This document shows positions 22,392-53,031 of a stretch of DNA of 64,000 nucleotides, in pieces. Made by a program: the position numbers and the translations under genes. Origin of the DNA: the human T2T-CHM13v2.0 reference genome, Homo sapiens; assembly GCF_009914755.1 (NCBI RefSeq), contig NC_060934.1; one strand, 5' to 3'. Within the stretch, counting starts at the first letter, position 1; every line of letters starts with the position of its first letter. Below the pieces are notes generated by a model, which saw only the letters and a program-made list of their open reading frames with translations, ran no database searches and was not told the origin of the DNA.

Positions 22392-22725
22392 ATTCTCCCC
22401 CTTCTGGCCAATATTTACCAGAGGCAACATCAAAGGCCATCAAATCTTTATTTTGTCCCATAGCATTGCCAGGGTGGCGTGGCTGCCTGTCCCCCATCCA
22501 TCCTGTCCCTTGGTGGGACTTCCTATGGCTGAGGGCCTTAAGAGTCAAAAGACTGGCCAGGCGTGGTGGCTCACACCTGTAATCCCAGCACTTTCGGAGG
22601 ATGAGGCAGGTGGATCACCTGAGGTCGAGAGTTCGAGACCAGCCTGACCAACATGGGGAAACCTCATCTCTACTAAAAATACAAAACTAGCCGTGCGTGG
22701 TGGTGCATGCCTATAATCCCAACTA

Positions 22726-22872
<147 letters not shown>

Positions 22873-23154
22873 TTAATTGTACTAGGCCAGATAGGAATGG
22901 ATGTGGACAGGCATTCATTACCTCTTAAATTATTATTTTAAGTAAAACGCCAACAAACAAAAACCTAAAGGCAAAGCTGCAACACTGACTTATTTCAACT
23001 TCTATGTGTTGAGCTACTGTAAGCTTGGTTTTATAGACTTACAGCAATTAGCTATATAAAACATTGGCGATGTTCTGAGAAAATATTTTAAATATGTATA
23101 TGTATATATATGAGAGACAGAGAGATTTATGTTCTCAACTCATAACTGGGATAA

Positions 23155-23430
<276 letters not shown>

Positions 23431-25008
23431 TCACGCCACTGCACTCTAGCCCGGACGACAGTGCCAGACTCCGTCTCAAAAACAAAAAGTATTTATGTTT
23501 GGGGTGGATGCAACAGTGACACATAATCGTTTAGAAGGCAAAGTTCCTTGTTTTACCAGCTGTTGAGGCATCTTTATACTCCTCCTTGATTTGGAGGGTT
23601 TGACCTTGACCTAACTTGAGCCCTCAAAACTGGCTCTTACAATCTCATGTACCCAACTCTTCCACAACCCTGGGTCTAGAGGGAGGGTGCTTGTATAGTT
23701 TTAGCAGCAGGGCATTTGCAGTGAAAAACACACTGGGGCCCAGTGGGATGCCAAATGAGGGAGATTCACATCTCTGGTCTTCAGAATACCATGATTTTGG
23801 TTTCCTTGGCAATAAAACAAGGAGAAAGAAATAACGTTTATAGTTTCACAATCAAAAGAGTATTTGTGTGTCAGAACAGAAAAAGAAACTTATTCCATTA
23901 GGGCACCAGCTAAAAATATGAAGAAAAATTATCATCTGGTATCTCTAGAGGATTATCGTAGCCAAGAAATAATAATTCAATCTGAACTCAAAAAAGCAAA
24001 AGCTAGGTCTGAAATCTAGCATTAACTGTTACACTTTTCCTTTGAAACAATTTCTCTAGCCTCTTTTTTTCTATTAAGGAGAATTTATACTCCTTAAACA
24101 CAAACAAAATTTGTGTGCAAAGTAAGTTTTAGGCTTATTATACTAGCCTGATTATTTGCATAACATGCAGCAACAATCGATTGGCCATATAGGCTCCTTT
24201 TAAGTTGGCTTTGCTGGAACTTTACCTAAAAATATGCTACTTTGGTTGGGCGTGGTGGTTCATGCCTGTAATCCCAGCACTTTGGGAGGCCAAGGCAGGT
24301 GGATCACAAGGTCAGTAGTTCAAGACCAGCCTGGCCAATATGGTAAAACCCCATCTCTACTAAAAATACAAAAATTATCCGGGCGTGGTGGCACGCTCCT
24401 GTAATCTCAGCTACTCAGGAGGCTGAGGCAGGAGAATCACTTGAACCCGGGAGGCAGAGGTTGTGGCTGCTGAGCTGAGATTGTGCCACTGCACTCCAGC
24501 CAGGCGACAGGGCAAGACTCCATCTCAAAAAAAAAAAAAAAAAAAAGCTACTTTAGTTAAAGTCTTGGTAAGATAACGAGTGTCTTCAATTGTTCTGTTT
24601 CAAAAGACTTACTGAACTTATCCAAATAACTGTATTGTAATAAAACTACAATCCAAATTTTGAAGAACCTAGATGGAAAGGTAAATTTGCTTACAAAAAC
24701 ATACTTCTCCCGGCTGGGCGCAGTGGCTTACGCCTGTAATCCCAGCAGTTTGGGAGGCCAAGGCAGGAGGATCGCTTGAGTCCAGGCTGGGCAACGAGGC
24801 AAAACCCCATCTCCACAAAAAATATAAAAATTATGCCGGTGCAGTGGCTCATGCCTGAAATCCCAGAACTTGTGGGAGTCCCAGGCCCGTGGATCATCTG
24901 AGGTCAGGAAGTCGAGACCAGCCTGACCAACATGGTGAAACCCTGTCTCTATTAAAAATACAAAATTAGCTGGGTGAAGTGGTGCATGCCTATAATCCCA
25001 GCTACTCA

Positions 25009-25113
<105 letters not shown>

Positions 25114-25633
25114 TCAAAAAAAACAAACAGTTAGCTGGGCATGGTGGCACGCACCTATAGTCCTAGCTACCGGGAGGCTGAGGTGTGAGGATTGCTTGAC
25201 CCCCTGGGATGGAGGCTGCAATGAGCCGAGATGGCGTCACTGCACTAGAGCCTGGGTGACAGAGCAGGACTCTGTCTCAAAAACAAACAAACAAAAAACA
25301 TATTCACCCAAATAAGTCAAAAAGAAAAGGATTTTCTTGACCCTTCTTTAGGCAGAGAAGCAGCTTTCAAACAGGATGTTTGTTTACCTTGGAAATGCCA
25401 TTCACAAATCAAGCAGCTCATGAGAGCTGTCTATCAGGCACTATAGAATCTAGCAGCTACTCACAGAGTTAGAATTAGTCCTAAGAAAGGGGCTCCCTGC
25501 TTATCAGTATCTCCTCCTTATATCCCAAGGTAGCAAGATTCTATATAAACCATTTTTATTTTAGCATGGAACTCTTTTGGGGACCATTATTTCTATTAGC
25601 ATAGGGTGTGGATCACATGAGGCCAGGAATTCA

Positions 25634-25789
<156 letters not shown>

Positions 25790-25940
25790 TCAAAAATTAG
25801 CCGGGCATGATGGCAGGCACTTGTAATCCCAAACCCAGGAGGCAGAGGTTGCAGTGACTGGAGATCATGCCATTGCACTCCAGCTTGGGTGACAAGAGCG
25901 AAACTCAGTCTCAAAAAAAAAAAAATACAAATATTAGCTA

Positions 25941-26078
<138 letters not shown>

Positions 26079-26819
26079 TCAAAAACAAACAAACAAACAA
26101 ACAAACAAAACCCATTAGCATAGGGGTGGCTTCAATTAACATTCCCTAGTAAGGCAATAAATGCCTCCCAGGTGGATATTCTCTAGTTCAGTCATTGTCA
26201 TTGGGAAGTACTCACCGTCTTTTGCCATCAATCCCAATAAATGCTCCACAAAGGGCTATGAAGTAGAGAATTTGTCATGACTAGCACTCTAGCTTCTACT
26301 CTATGCTTTGTGGGCTCAGGCAATCTTACTAGTTCCCACATGCAGAATAAAAAAAGGCAGGTCCAAAGATATTTATTTGCCTATTGTCAAAAAAAAAAAG
26401 ATTATCTCCCTTACTTTAGATAATTAATAAAAAGTTACAGGAGCCAAATAAAAGGCAAAGGAGAGATTAATCATCCAAGGCCTTTTCAAAAGAGAAAGAG
26501 CTGAACTTCTGAGATATCAATCTGAAGAGTGTCAAAAAGATAGATTATAGAATTTAAGAATTAAAAGCTTCTTGCATTAAGTCAATATTTTAAATAAAAT
26601 CTTGTTTTAACCAATTATTTAGTTTTGTATTAGTGGTTTTGCTAATGAGTACTAAGCTCTGACTTTTTTATTTATTTAAACATTTTTTATTTATTTAAAC
26701 ATTTATTTATTTATATAAAACCCACCCCAAGAAAGAATGATCTTTGCTTGTATAATTTTTGATAAATAAGACAATAATTTTTGATAAATAATAAACTAAA
26801 AAATTTATTTTTATTATTT

Positions 26820-27518
26820 TATGCCCAAATTCCTATCTAAGGGGTCTGTGGAGTCATGCCCTCAGATAGGTTTTATTTAACCCTATATATCATGATTTAT
26901 TTTCCAACTTGACTCTGGCATAACATTAAGAGACAAAGAAGAAAATCAAACTATTTTACCCTAAAACGTGTTTCTTTGCCATATTTTGAAATGGTCCTGC
27001 AAAGCTGTTCTTTGTGGGGGAAAATTTGCATCTGTAAAGAATCTCTATTAACATAGCTAGATCTTTTTCTTCCAGACCCTCCCAATCCTAAAGAGATTAA
27101 GATCTGAATAGGAAACATTTTTCACCTATTGTCTCTAAGGCAGCTACAATAAGACTTCAAAAGAACTTTGGTCTCCAGTATCTTTATCTTAACCTGAACA
27201 TTCCCTTTCTATCTATACCAGGTCTTTAGACAAACTCAACCAACTGTCAACCAGAGAATGTTTTAAATTCACCTATAACCTGGAAGCCCCTGCTTTGAGT
27301 TGTTCCATCTTTCTGGACCAAACCAATGTATTTCTTAAATGTATTTGATTGATGTCTCATGCCTTTCTAAAATGTATAAAACCAAGCTGTGCTCCAACCA
27401 CCTTGGGCACATGTTCTCAGGACCTCCTGAAGGCTATGTCACAGGCCATGGTCACTCATATTTGGCTCAGAATAAGACTCTTCAAATATTTTATAGAGTT
27501 CAACTCTTTTCATTGATA
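26820..27518 (+). mobile_element. Nested MER4A-like LTR fragment in opposite orientation
   Basis: Ends catatttggctcagaataagactcttcaaatattttatagag, the reverse complement of the motif at 21450-21510. Confidence 0.7.
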
Positions 27519-28800
27519 TTAATATCGAAGACCCATCTCTAGAAAGACTATCATAATTTCTTCTTAATCACAGCCAACTGAATTATATAACCCCTTTAAA
27601 AAAAATTAAATTCCTTTTTACTAACCTTATTATGACTTACATAGACCATTTACAACGTGCTTAGACTGTTTGTTTTGTCCTAAAGATCCCTCTTTCTTGA
27701 AAAACCAGTTATCTTATTTTAGGAAAAATTTACCATACAAGATTCTCATATAAAAATTTTTTTTCTTTTTACTTTCTTTACCAAAAATAACTCTTTATAT
27801 CTGTAGCTTTCCTTGCATCTCATATTTCCTAGTTCTGTTTACACTGTTTTATGCATAACCTTAAATAAGCTTTGAATTAAACAAAGGTATTTACCTTTTT
27901 TTAAAATTTTTTTTAAATTCTTTTTTTTTTTTTTTTTTGAGACAGAGTCTCGCTCTGTCACCCAGGCTGTAGTGCAGTGGCATGATCTCGGCTCACTGCA
28001 ACCTGCACCTCCTGGGTTCAAGCAATTATCTGCCTCAGCCTTTTGAGTAGCTGGGATTATAGGCACCCGCCACTACACCTGGCTAATTTTTGTACTTTTA
28101 GTAGAGACAGGGTTTCACCATCTTGGCCGGGCTGGCCTTGAACTCCTGAACTCATGATCCACCCGCCTCAGCCTCTCAAAGTGCTGGGATTACAGGTGTG
28201 AGCCACCACATCTGCCATATTTACCTTTTAATAAGAATATTTTTAAAAAGTTTTCCTATAATTTTTAAATTGTAAATTACCCAGATATTCAATTAATACC
28301 TATTATTTAATATGACTTTAGATTCTAAATTTTATGACAAGTTTGTTTATAAGCATTTAGTCTATACATTTACTTGATTATCTAATAGTTTACCTAGGTT
28401 ATTTATGAAAACAGTGATAGTCATCACTTCAAGTTAATTCTCTGTTAATTATTTTTATAGCTGTGAATTTCAGGTGTTTACTTAAGTAAGAAGCTTAAGG
28501 TTTAATATAAGGGTGTTTTTACCAATAACTCAGGATTTAGCTGTTTTCATTAAACCAACAATGTTTTGTGTCTTATTTATCAAAAATTATACAAGCAAAG
28601 ATCATTCAGTTTTGGGCTGGGTTTTATAGTTTTATAACTCTTATGGTAAATCTTATAGCATTCTGCAGGAATAAAGCATGAAACCACTTGATCAATAAAT
28701 GCAAACAAAAATACTAACAATTCTTAAGACATTTCTAGTATTATTTTACCAACAATTTTAAAGCAAGCTTATTTATTAAAGATTTTACTTAAGTCACATG

Positions 28801-29618
28801 TGATACAGAAGGGCTGGGCTCAGGGCTAAACCCCACCATTCAGCCTGGACCACGGCCCTAAGGGAAAACAGCTGACCCTGTTTTTCCACCTAAATAATGC
28901 CTTTTTGGCCTGCCACACCCCTATCCTGTGCCCATAAAAAGACTTCAGTTGCTAAAGAAAAAATAAAAATAAAAATAAACAGGAAAGAAAAAAACAAAGA
29001 AAAGAAAAAAAGATTTCAACTGGCAGAGCAACACAAGCAGCTGAGTGGTGGGAATACAAGTGGCTGAGTGGCAAGCAGAGAAGCAACTGAACATTCGAGA
29101 CTATGGATAGACACGACAAACTTCAGATAGTGCGGCTTCAGAGAGCGGCCCAGCCAGAGACAGCCAGGCTTCAGGGAAAGATCACCTTCTTCCCACATCA
29201 TTGCCTTTTCACCTCCGCATCCCGATGAGAGCCACTTCCATTACCCAGTAAAATCCTCCTTATACACTACCCTTCAATCCATTTGTGTGACCTGGATGTC
29301 AGACAAGAACCCAAGTGCCTAGAGGACAGCTGCTGCCACCCTGACCCTCCACTGAGCTAGCTGGCACTTGGCCATCTCTGGACAGCAGAGCTGAAAGAGC
29401 ATTGATTGTAATATACTTGGATGCTGCTGCGGGGCCCACACAGAGCCTGCTCCTGCCAGAGAGGAGCAACTAGCCAGTTCCAGCATTTGTTCGCTCCAGT
29501 TCCTGCACTCACTAGCATGCATGATCCCTCTTGCAAGGAGTGGACAGCGGCTGGCTCAATGAAACCAGCCACTCCAGTTCCCACCCATGAAAGGGGTCAA
29601 GGGAATTATCCCATCTCA
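28801..29618 (+). mobile_element. Solo ERV1 LTR (LTR28/MER52/LTR1-like group) with 4-bp TSD CATG
   Basis: TG...CA termini (tgatacagaagg...cccatctca); catg at 28797-28800 and 29619-29622. Confidence 0.8.
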
Positions 29619-30161
29619 CATGAACTTGAAAAACATTTGACTAGTCTTTTTTTTTTTTTGATAAAGTATTTGATTTAAGCACTTTCATTTTTCTTTAAAC
29701 CACTTAATGCAAGCTCTTTTATATCTTTTTAGTAGTAAAATATTATATACACAACACATAAATACATAGACATATTAGGCATACCAATAGAAGTACAGCT
29801 TACAGATTCATAAGACCTATTTTTTTTTCCTTAGACTTTTAAATTCTTGATAACCCATTTTATTACCCTAGGCAGTTTTAGCTAAAGTACTAAATTTGCA
29901 TATTAAAGGAAACAACTCAAGTGAAAAATCAATTAGCAAAATTTACATCTCAAGAGGAAAAGTCAGGTGTGCTAGAGTGAAGTTAAAATGAATTTAATTA
30001 CCAATTAAAATTATATAAATCTACTATAAAAGCCTTTTAAATATATATACACACACATATACACACATACACACAAAAAATCCCATAGCTTTTACTTCTG
30101 AACTTTAGTCATGAGATAAATACAAATGCACTGGGTTGAAAAAAAAAAAAAGTTTAGATCA

Positions 30162-30641
<480 letters not shown>

Positions 30642-31003
30642 CTAGTAAGTAGAGCCACCATAATACTGATGGAGTGCCCAAAGGGGGTCATTCTCCTTGT
30701 TTTCTCCTCATACTTAGATTATTTGTTTCCCAGTATTTTTTAAAGGAGGAACTGAGCTGTGGCCTAGGGCTTTTGTGGAATGGGTGGAAGTGTGCTGGTT
30801 GCAGGCAGGACTCCACGGTGTCACCCCTGAGTCATCGTTGCCCTCTTATGTGTCTCAATTTCTCTCTCTGAAGCTCTAGCACCTCTCAGAGGGCTCAAAA
30901 CCTGGAGCTCCCATACGTGCTTCCTGGATGAGCCTTTTTAAAACTAATTTTGTTGGGGGTTCCCTGTAGGGCTGCTGCGCTACATGTCATGATGGGTGGG
31001 TGA

Positions 31004-31442
<439 letters not shown>

Positions 31443-31519
31443 TGATCTGCCCGCCTCGGCCTCCCAAAGTGCTGGCATTACAGGCGTGAGCCAGCGTGCC
31501 CAGCCGAAGATTATTCTTT

Positions 31520-32211
<692 letters not shown>

Positions 32212-32244
32212 ATTCATATTTCCAGAGCCTAGCACCATAACTGA

Positions 32245-37595
<5,351 letters not shown>

Positions 37596-37858
37596 AACAT
37601 CTTTATCTTAAACCCAGAAAAGTGACAGAGGAGTGTCTCCCCTACAAGATGATGACCAGCCCTCCAGACCTGAGCCCAGGTGTGATTCCAAGGCCCCTGT
37701 ACTGGGGCCAGACAGGGAGACTCGCTCTCAGGGACTTCCCAACCAGCACCATCTTCTCCCTGCGGGGATGGCGAGGGAGCGCGGGCCGGCCCCGGCCCTG
37801 CCTCCGCGCTCGCGCTCGACGGTGTCCTGAAGCGCGCTCCCGGGGAGGTGTTGCAGCC

Positions 37859-37945
37859 ATGGCTACGGCAGCCGGCGCGACCTACTTTCAGCGAGGCAGT
37901 CTGTTCTGGTTCACAGTCATCACCCTCAGCTTTGGCTACTACACA
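37859..37945 (+). CDS. TMEM254: TMEM254 coding exon 1a (MATAAGATYFQRGSLFWFTVITLSFGYYT)
   Basis: Kozak gccATGg; 87 nt; donor |gtaagg; phase 0. Confidence 0.95.
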
Positions 37946-38184
37946 GTAAGGACAGCCGCTGGAGCGCTACGGTCTGACGAACGAGCGAGCGCTCGGTTCA
38001 CCCCAGGACCTGGGCTCACAGGCCGCGGGCCGGGGGAAGTCGTGCAAGCACAATCCCGACTCCCGCGCGCTAGGAGCGGAGGGGAGGGGACCAGACTCCG
38101 CAATGAGAGCAAGCATACTGGTCCGCCAGGGTCTTGGGCGGGCGCCCAGGGCCCTGAGAAACCGGCTAGCCAGGCTTTTCTTAT

Positions 38185-38343
38185 ATGGGGGCGGGGACGG
38201 CTGGGGAGCTCCCAGCCAACTCTGTGTCTGGGTTTTTCAAGAGGATGGTGAAGTCGGAGGCCAGCAATGCGGCTACCGCCTATTTCCGTCCAGCAAGACC
38301 CTTGCCCTCTCTGGTCACAGTCCTGGGGCTGGGCTACTTCGCG
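38185..38343 (+). CDS. TMEM254: TMEM254 alternative coding exon 1b (ATG at 38185 or 38245; ...MVKSEASNAATAYFRPARPLPSLVTVLGLGYFA)
   Basis: Open frame ending at a phase-0 donor GCG|gtgagg; joins exon 2 in frame to give 147 or 127 aa; ends GYFA, like GYYT of exon 1a. Confidence 0.75.
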
Positions 38344-38884
38344 GTGAGGCGTGGGGTGGGGCGGGGCGGGCCTCTGTTTTGGCCCGCCGGGCCCTCGTAG
38401 GGCGAGGGGAGCTCTGGGAACGGGGCCTGTGCGCACGCGCATCTGACGGTTGTCTCGGTTACTCATGTAAGCGGAAATTCGGTGGGCTCTTAGGATAGTT
38501 TCTGCTTTCTAGTGTTCCTGTCTTTGGGTCCTCACCTCTGCATGGTTACTAACGGGTTATCCGAGCCTAAGCCTCTCACGAAGCGGAAAGTCAAGTTAAC
38601 AGACTGCCATAGGCCTGCCAAGTCAGAATAGGGCTTCCGAAGCAGAATGTTTGAGCCAATAGGAATTGTTTGGAAAACGGGGATAAATCTAAAGGATGGG
38701 TAGGATTTAAGTGGTAAGGGAGGATAAAGAGGCTATAACTGTTCTGACATAGGTGTGGAAGCAAGAAGAAAGCTGTACCTAGAAAAAGAGCGACGTTTGT
38801 TTGGCTGAGAAATAATCTGTTTAAAGGATAATGAGAAAGATGCGTGGAAAAGTAGGTTGGGGGCTAAGGTGGTAATTTTGTGTT

Positions 38885-40850
<1,966 letters not shown>

Positions 40851-40999
40851 AAGCCAAGAATGGAGACCCAAATGACTGTTCAGAGTTTCTTCGGTCTGTG
40901 GTAATTTTTTTACTGTTTCACAGCCTTTCTCAAAAACAAAAACAAAAAACAGGTTTTAAGTGACCTAATAGGTATTCTGTGTCTCTGCTTCTCTTTCAG

Positions 41000-41103
41000 T
41001 GGGTTGTCTTCTGGCCTCAGAGTATCCCTTATCAGAACCTTGGGCCCCTGGGCCCCTTCACTCAGTACTTGGTGGACCACCATCACACCCTCCTTTGCAA
41101 TGG
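41000..41103 (+). CDS. TMEM254: TMEM254 coding exon 2 (WVVFWPQSIPYQNLGPLGPFTQYLVDHHHTLLCNG)
   Basis: ctctttcag| acceptor, |gtaagg donor, 104 nt, in frame. Confidence 0.95.
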
Positions 41104-41303
41104 GTAAGGAGAGCTGCACAAGTGGACTGTGGACACTGGAGCTCTGGTCTCATGGGAAACCTGGAAGGCCTGCAGCTGCCTTTTGGTATCTAAGAGTAGT
41201 GTCGGTTCACCTTAAGGCACTTTTCTTTTTGAGATTGCTGTGTTAGATTTCATCAGCAGATAACTATCACCTTAAAAAAGATTAACCTTTTTTTTGGTTT
41301 CAG

Positions 41304-41363
41304 GTATTGGCTTGCCTGGCTGATTCATGTGGGAGAGTCCTTGTATGCCATAGTATTGTGCAA
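41304..41363 (+). CDS. TMEM254: TMEM254 coding exon 3 (YWLAWLIHVGESLYAIVLCK)
   Basis: tttcag| acceptor, |gtaagt donor, 60 nt, phase 2-2. Confidence 0.95.
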
Positions 41364-41729
41364 GTAAGTCTTTGAAGTAGGTGTTTGTTGCCTTTCTCTT
41401 AGTAGCTAATATAAATTGAGAGCAGCCACATTTAAATAGTTCACACACTTGTAGGCTGAGAATATTCTCAGGGTAGAGCGGAATCCCCATGCCTGATACT
41501 GAGCCTGGAGCAGAGGCAGTACCCAGTAAATGTTTGATGAATGCATTCATTTTGTTTATGTTGGTTAACCAATTACTTAGTTATCTAATTCAGATGACTT
41601 TTGTTATTTTTTAACAAATTTTCTGGGTAGCCCCAACTAGATCAAAAGACTAGGAATAGGAGCCTGGCTTCTAGTTTACAAAAGAGCTAAGTGACTGACC
41701 TAGGCCGATGACTCACAATCCTCCTTTTA

Positions 41730-49660
<7,931 letters not shown>

Positions 49661-49959
49661 TGCTTTTTACTCCATCCGCTCATCAGAATCACATGAGAAA
49701 CAGTCTTATAATACTGTGCCCTAGACAGTAGCCAGACTAGTTCTCAGGGAATAGTTTACCATCCAAAATACATTTGTTAGAAAACAAGAAAGATGAAAAA
49801 TAAACGAACCATCCAAGATAAGCCAGAGAAAAGCAGCAAAATAAACCCAATGAAAGTAGTGGAAGGTATAATTTAAAAAATATATATATAGAAGACAATA
49901 ACTCCCATGAAACTGTAAGATTAACATCTCGTGTTTAAATTTTGTTTTTTCTGTTTTAG

Positions 49960-50080
49960 GCATAAAGGCATCACAAGTGGTCGGGCTCAGCTACTCTGGT
50001 TCCTACAGACTTTCTTCTTTGGGATAGCGTCTCTCACCATCTTGATTGCTTACAAACGGAAGCGCCAAAAACAAACTTGA
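49960..50080 (+). CDS. TMEM254: TMEM254 coding exon 4 (HKGITSGRAQLLWFLQTFFFGIASLTILIAYKRKRQKQT*)
   Basis: ctgttttag| acceptor; TGA at 50078-50080; total CDS 87+104+60+121=372 nt = 123 aa with three hydrophobic segments and a basic tail. Confidence 0.95.
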
Positions 50081-51715
50081 AGTTGTCTGAAAGCTTGCTC
50101 TACACTTTTACATTCATCCTCACCCTTTTTTTTGTGGGGTAGAGGAGGTGCAGTAATTTACTCAGTGATCTTTCTACTTTCTAGAAACTGTCCTTCAAAG
50201 CTCTTTAAGACCCCCTCGTTAGTCAGTTTTTTCTCTTATATGCTCTGGTTGAGCTTGAATAGACCAGTTGTTACTTAAGAAAGAAACAGAGAAAGATTTT
50301 AGCTTTTCAATCCTATTTGGCAGAGGACTTCAGCTACCTTCTTACAGTCTTTGGCTGTGTTGGTACCCTCGTGTGCTCTGAGCTAAGCCACATACTAAAC
50401 TGACTTTTTGGTTTGTATACCCTTGCTCCCGCCTTCTGATGAAAACACCTTACCCTCACAACCACCATCTTTCCTCTCCTTTCCAAAGCTCTTTCCACCT
50501 TGCTGCACTAAGATAAAGTGACACTTCCACTATATGTCAATTCCACACACATTTATTAGGTACCTGTGAGGTAGGATCCTATCCTCTCAAACTTCCATTT
50601 CTCATGCTACAGAGAAAGATAAGGAAGATGAGCAAGTGCCTGGAATGGGGCAGGCTGAGCAGTCACACAGGCATAGAGGCACGCTGAGAACCTGGAGGGG
50701 AGACTGCAGAGTGCCTTCCCTGATGCTGCAGCCGGAAGTGATCCTTCCCTCCACCTGGCCCCTGGGACACTGTGCTCTGCAGTGTGCAGGGCCTGATGGC
50801 ACTGCTAGATTGCTCCTTCAGCTCAGGGCCACAGCTTAAACAGCTTTACCTTTCCCCTCAGCACCTGTCCCACTATCTTGCACACAGGTGCTCTAACCAT
50901 GTTTATTGAACAAAGGAGGGAAACTGATTTCACTTTCACTTGTTCATTATCATTCCAATTTTTATGTGAAAATGGCACAACCCATTTGGGGTACCCTCAC
51001 CCCAAAATAAAAGCCCAAGTCTACCTTTGACTGGTACCACCTTTTTTGTGGTTTCGTTGGTGAGAAACCTTTATCTTTTTCATACCTTTCTATTCTCAAT
51101 CACTTCTCCAAAAGTGTGTCTTTCCAGCTCTGATTTATTCAAAACACAAGCATTTCTGTTTAGAGATTCTAGCCCATGGGTTATCTGGCTAGTTATTACC
51201 TCTCCTGTTCACTTAGTTATACTTTATTATTGCTCACAGGCTGGGGAGGCAGAATGACTCTGTCACCACTAGGAGCCATTAGGGCTTCTTCCCTGGAGGA
51301 CTGCCTGCTTGCTTTCTGGGGACACTAGCCCTCATTTCCCTTCTGTGGTACAGTGGGGCAAATTATTTGTATTAAGCAAACATTTATGGGAAACAACCCG
51401 CTCCCGAAAACGGAGCCCCCAAGTAAAGCACAACCCTGAAAGATTATGAACTATGAATTGTCTCTAGTAGAGATAAATTTCTGCAAACATATCTCAGTCT
51501 TCCCTCTGTTTCTCTGGTGATTAAGAAGTTCCTTTTTGGTAAGGAAAAGGATTTTTAACCATAGAGTTAGGCATCATGGAAATTCAAACCAGATTTCTTA
51601 ATACCTGGTCTTCCTCAAAGAGAAATAATAACAGTAATAGTGGTGCTGGGAACAATATGGCAGATTATTGAATGAAATTGATTAACTTGAATAAAATGCT
51701 GTGAATTTTCTCTAG
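50081..51715 (+). other. TMEM254: TMEM254 3'UTR with tandem poly(A) signals
   Basis: AATAAA at 51006-51011 and 51690-51695, each followed by T/GT-rich sequence. Confidence 0.7.
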
Positions 51716-52059
51716 CTGAATGCTTTTCTTGTATTTGTCAGTTTTAACATATTGATGCACATTTGATACTTTTTCTCAAATAGACTACTAGGGAACTGTT
51801 TATACACTTCAGATATCAGTTTGTTTTTCACTGATAAAGAAATGCAAAACACTGTGGTTGTCGGGTATATACGTACTATATTTTAGAACTGTCCATGTCC
51901 CACTTACCTCCTCCACATACAAGGAATCACTAGGGTGGACCTGAGTGTCTCCTTTTCATTGTAGGATTGTCTCCTTTTTGTTTCTGTTTTTATTCAACAT
52001 TTGATAAAGTCTATGCACTAAGTAAGGAGTGTTCTGGCATTTTTTTAAATGCATGAAGT

Positions 52060-53031
<972 letters not shown>

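Larger units (their letters stand above)
37760..38480. promoter_or_regulatory. CpG island, probably the bidirectional promoter of TMEM254 and its antisense RNA
   Basis: Dense CpG and GC boxes; NRF1 consensus tgcgcacgcgca at 38430-38441; ETS-like gcggaa at 38471 and 38583. Confidence 0.85.

Noticed and set aside
37622-38251. 209-aa ORF overlapping the TMEM254 start, and antisense ORF 37939..38466
   Set aside because: Stop-poor GC-rich CpG island reading through exon 1a into the intron; non-ATG start for the former
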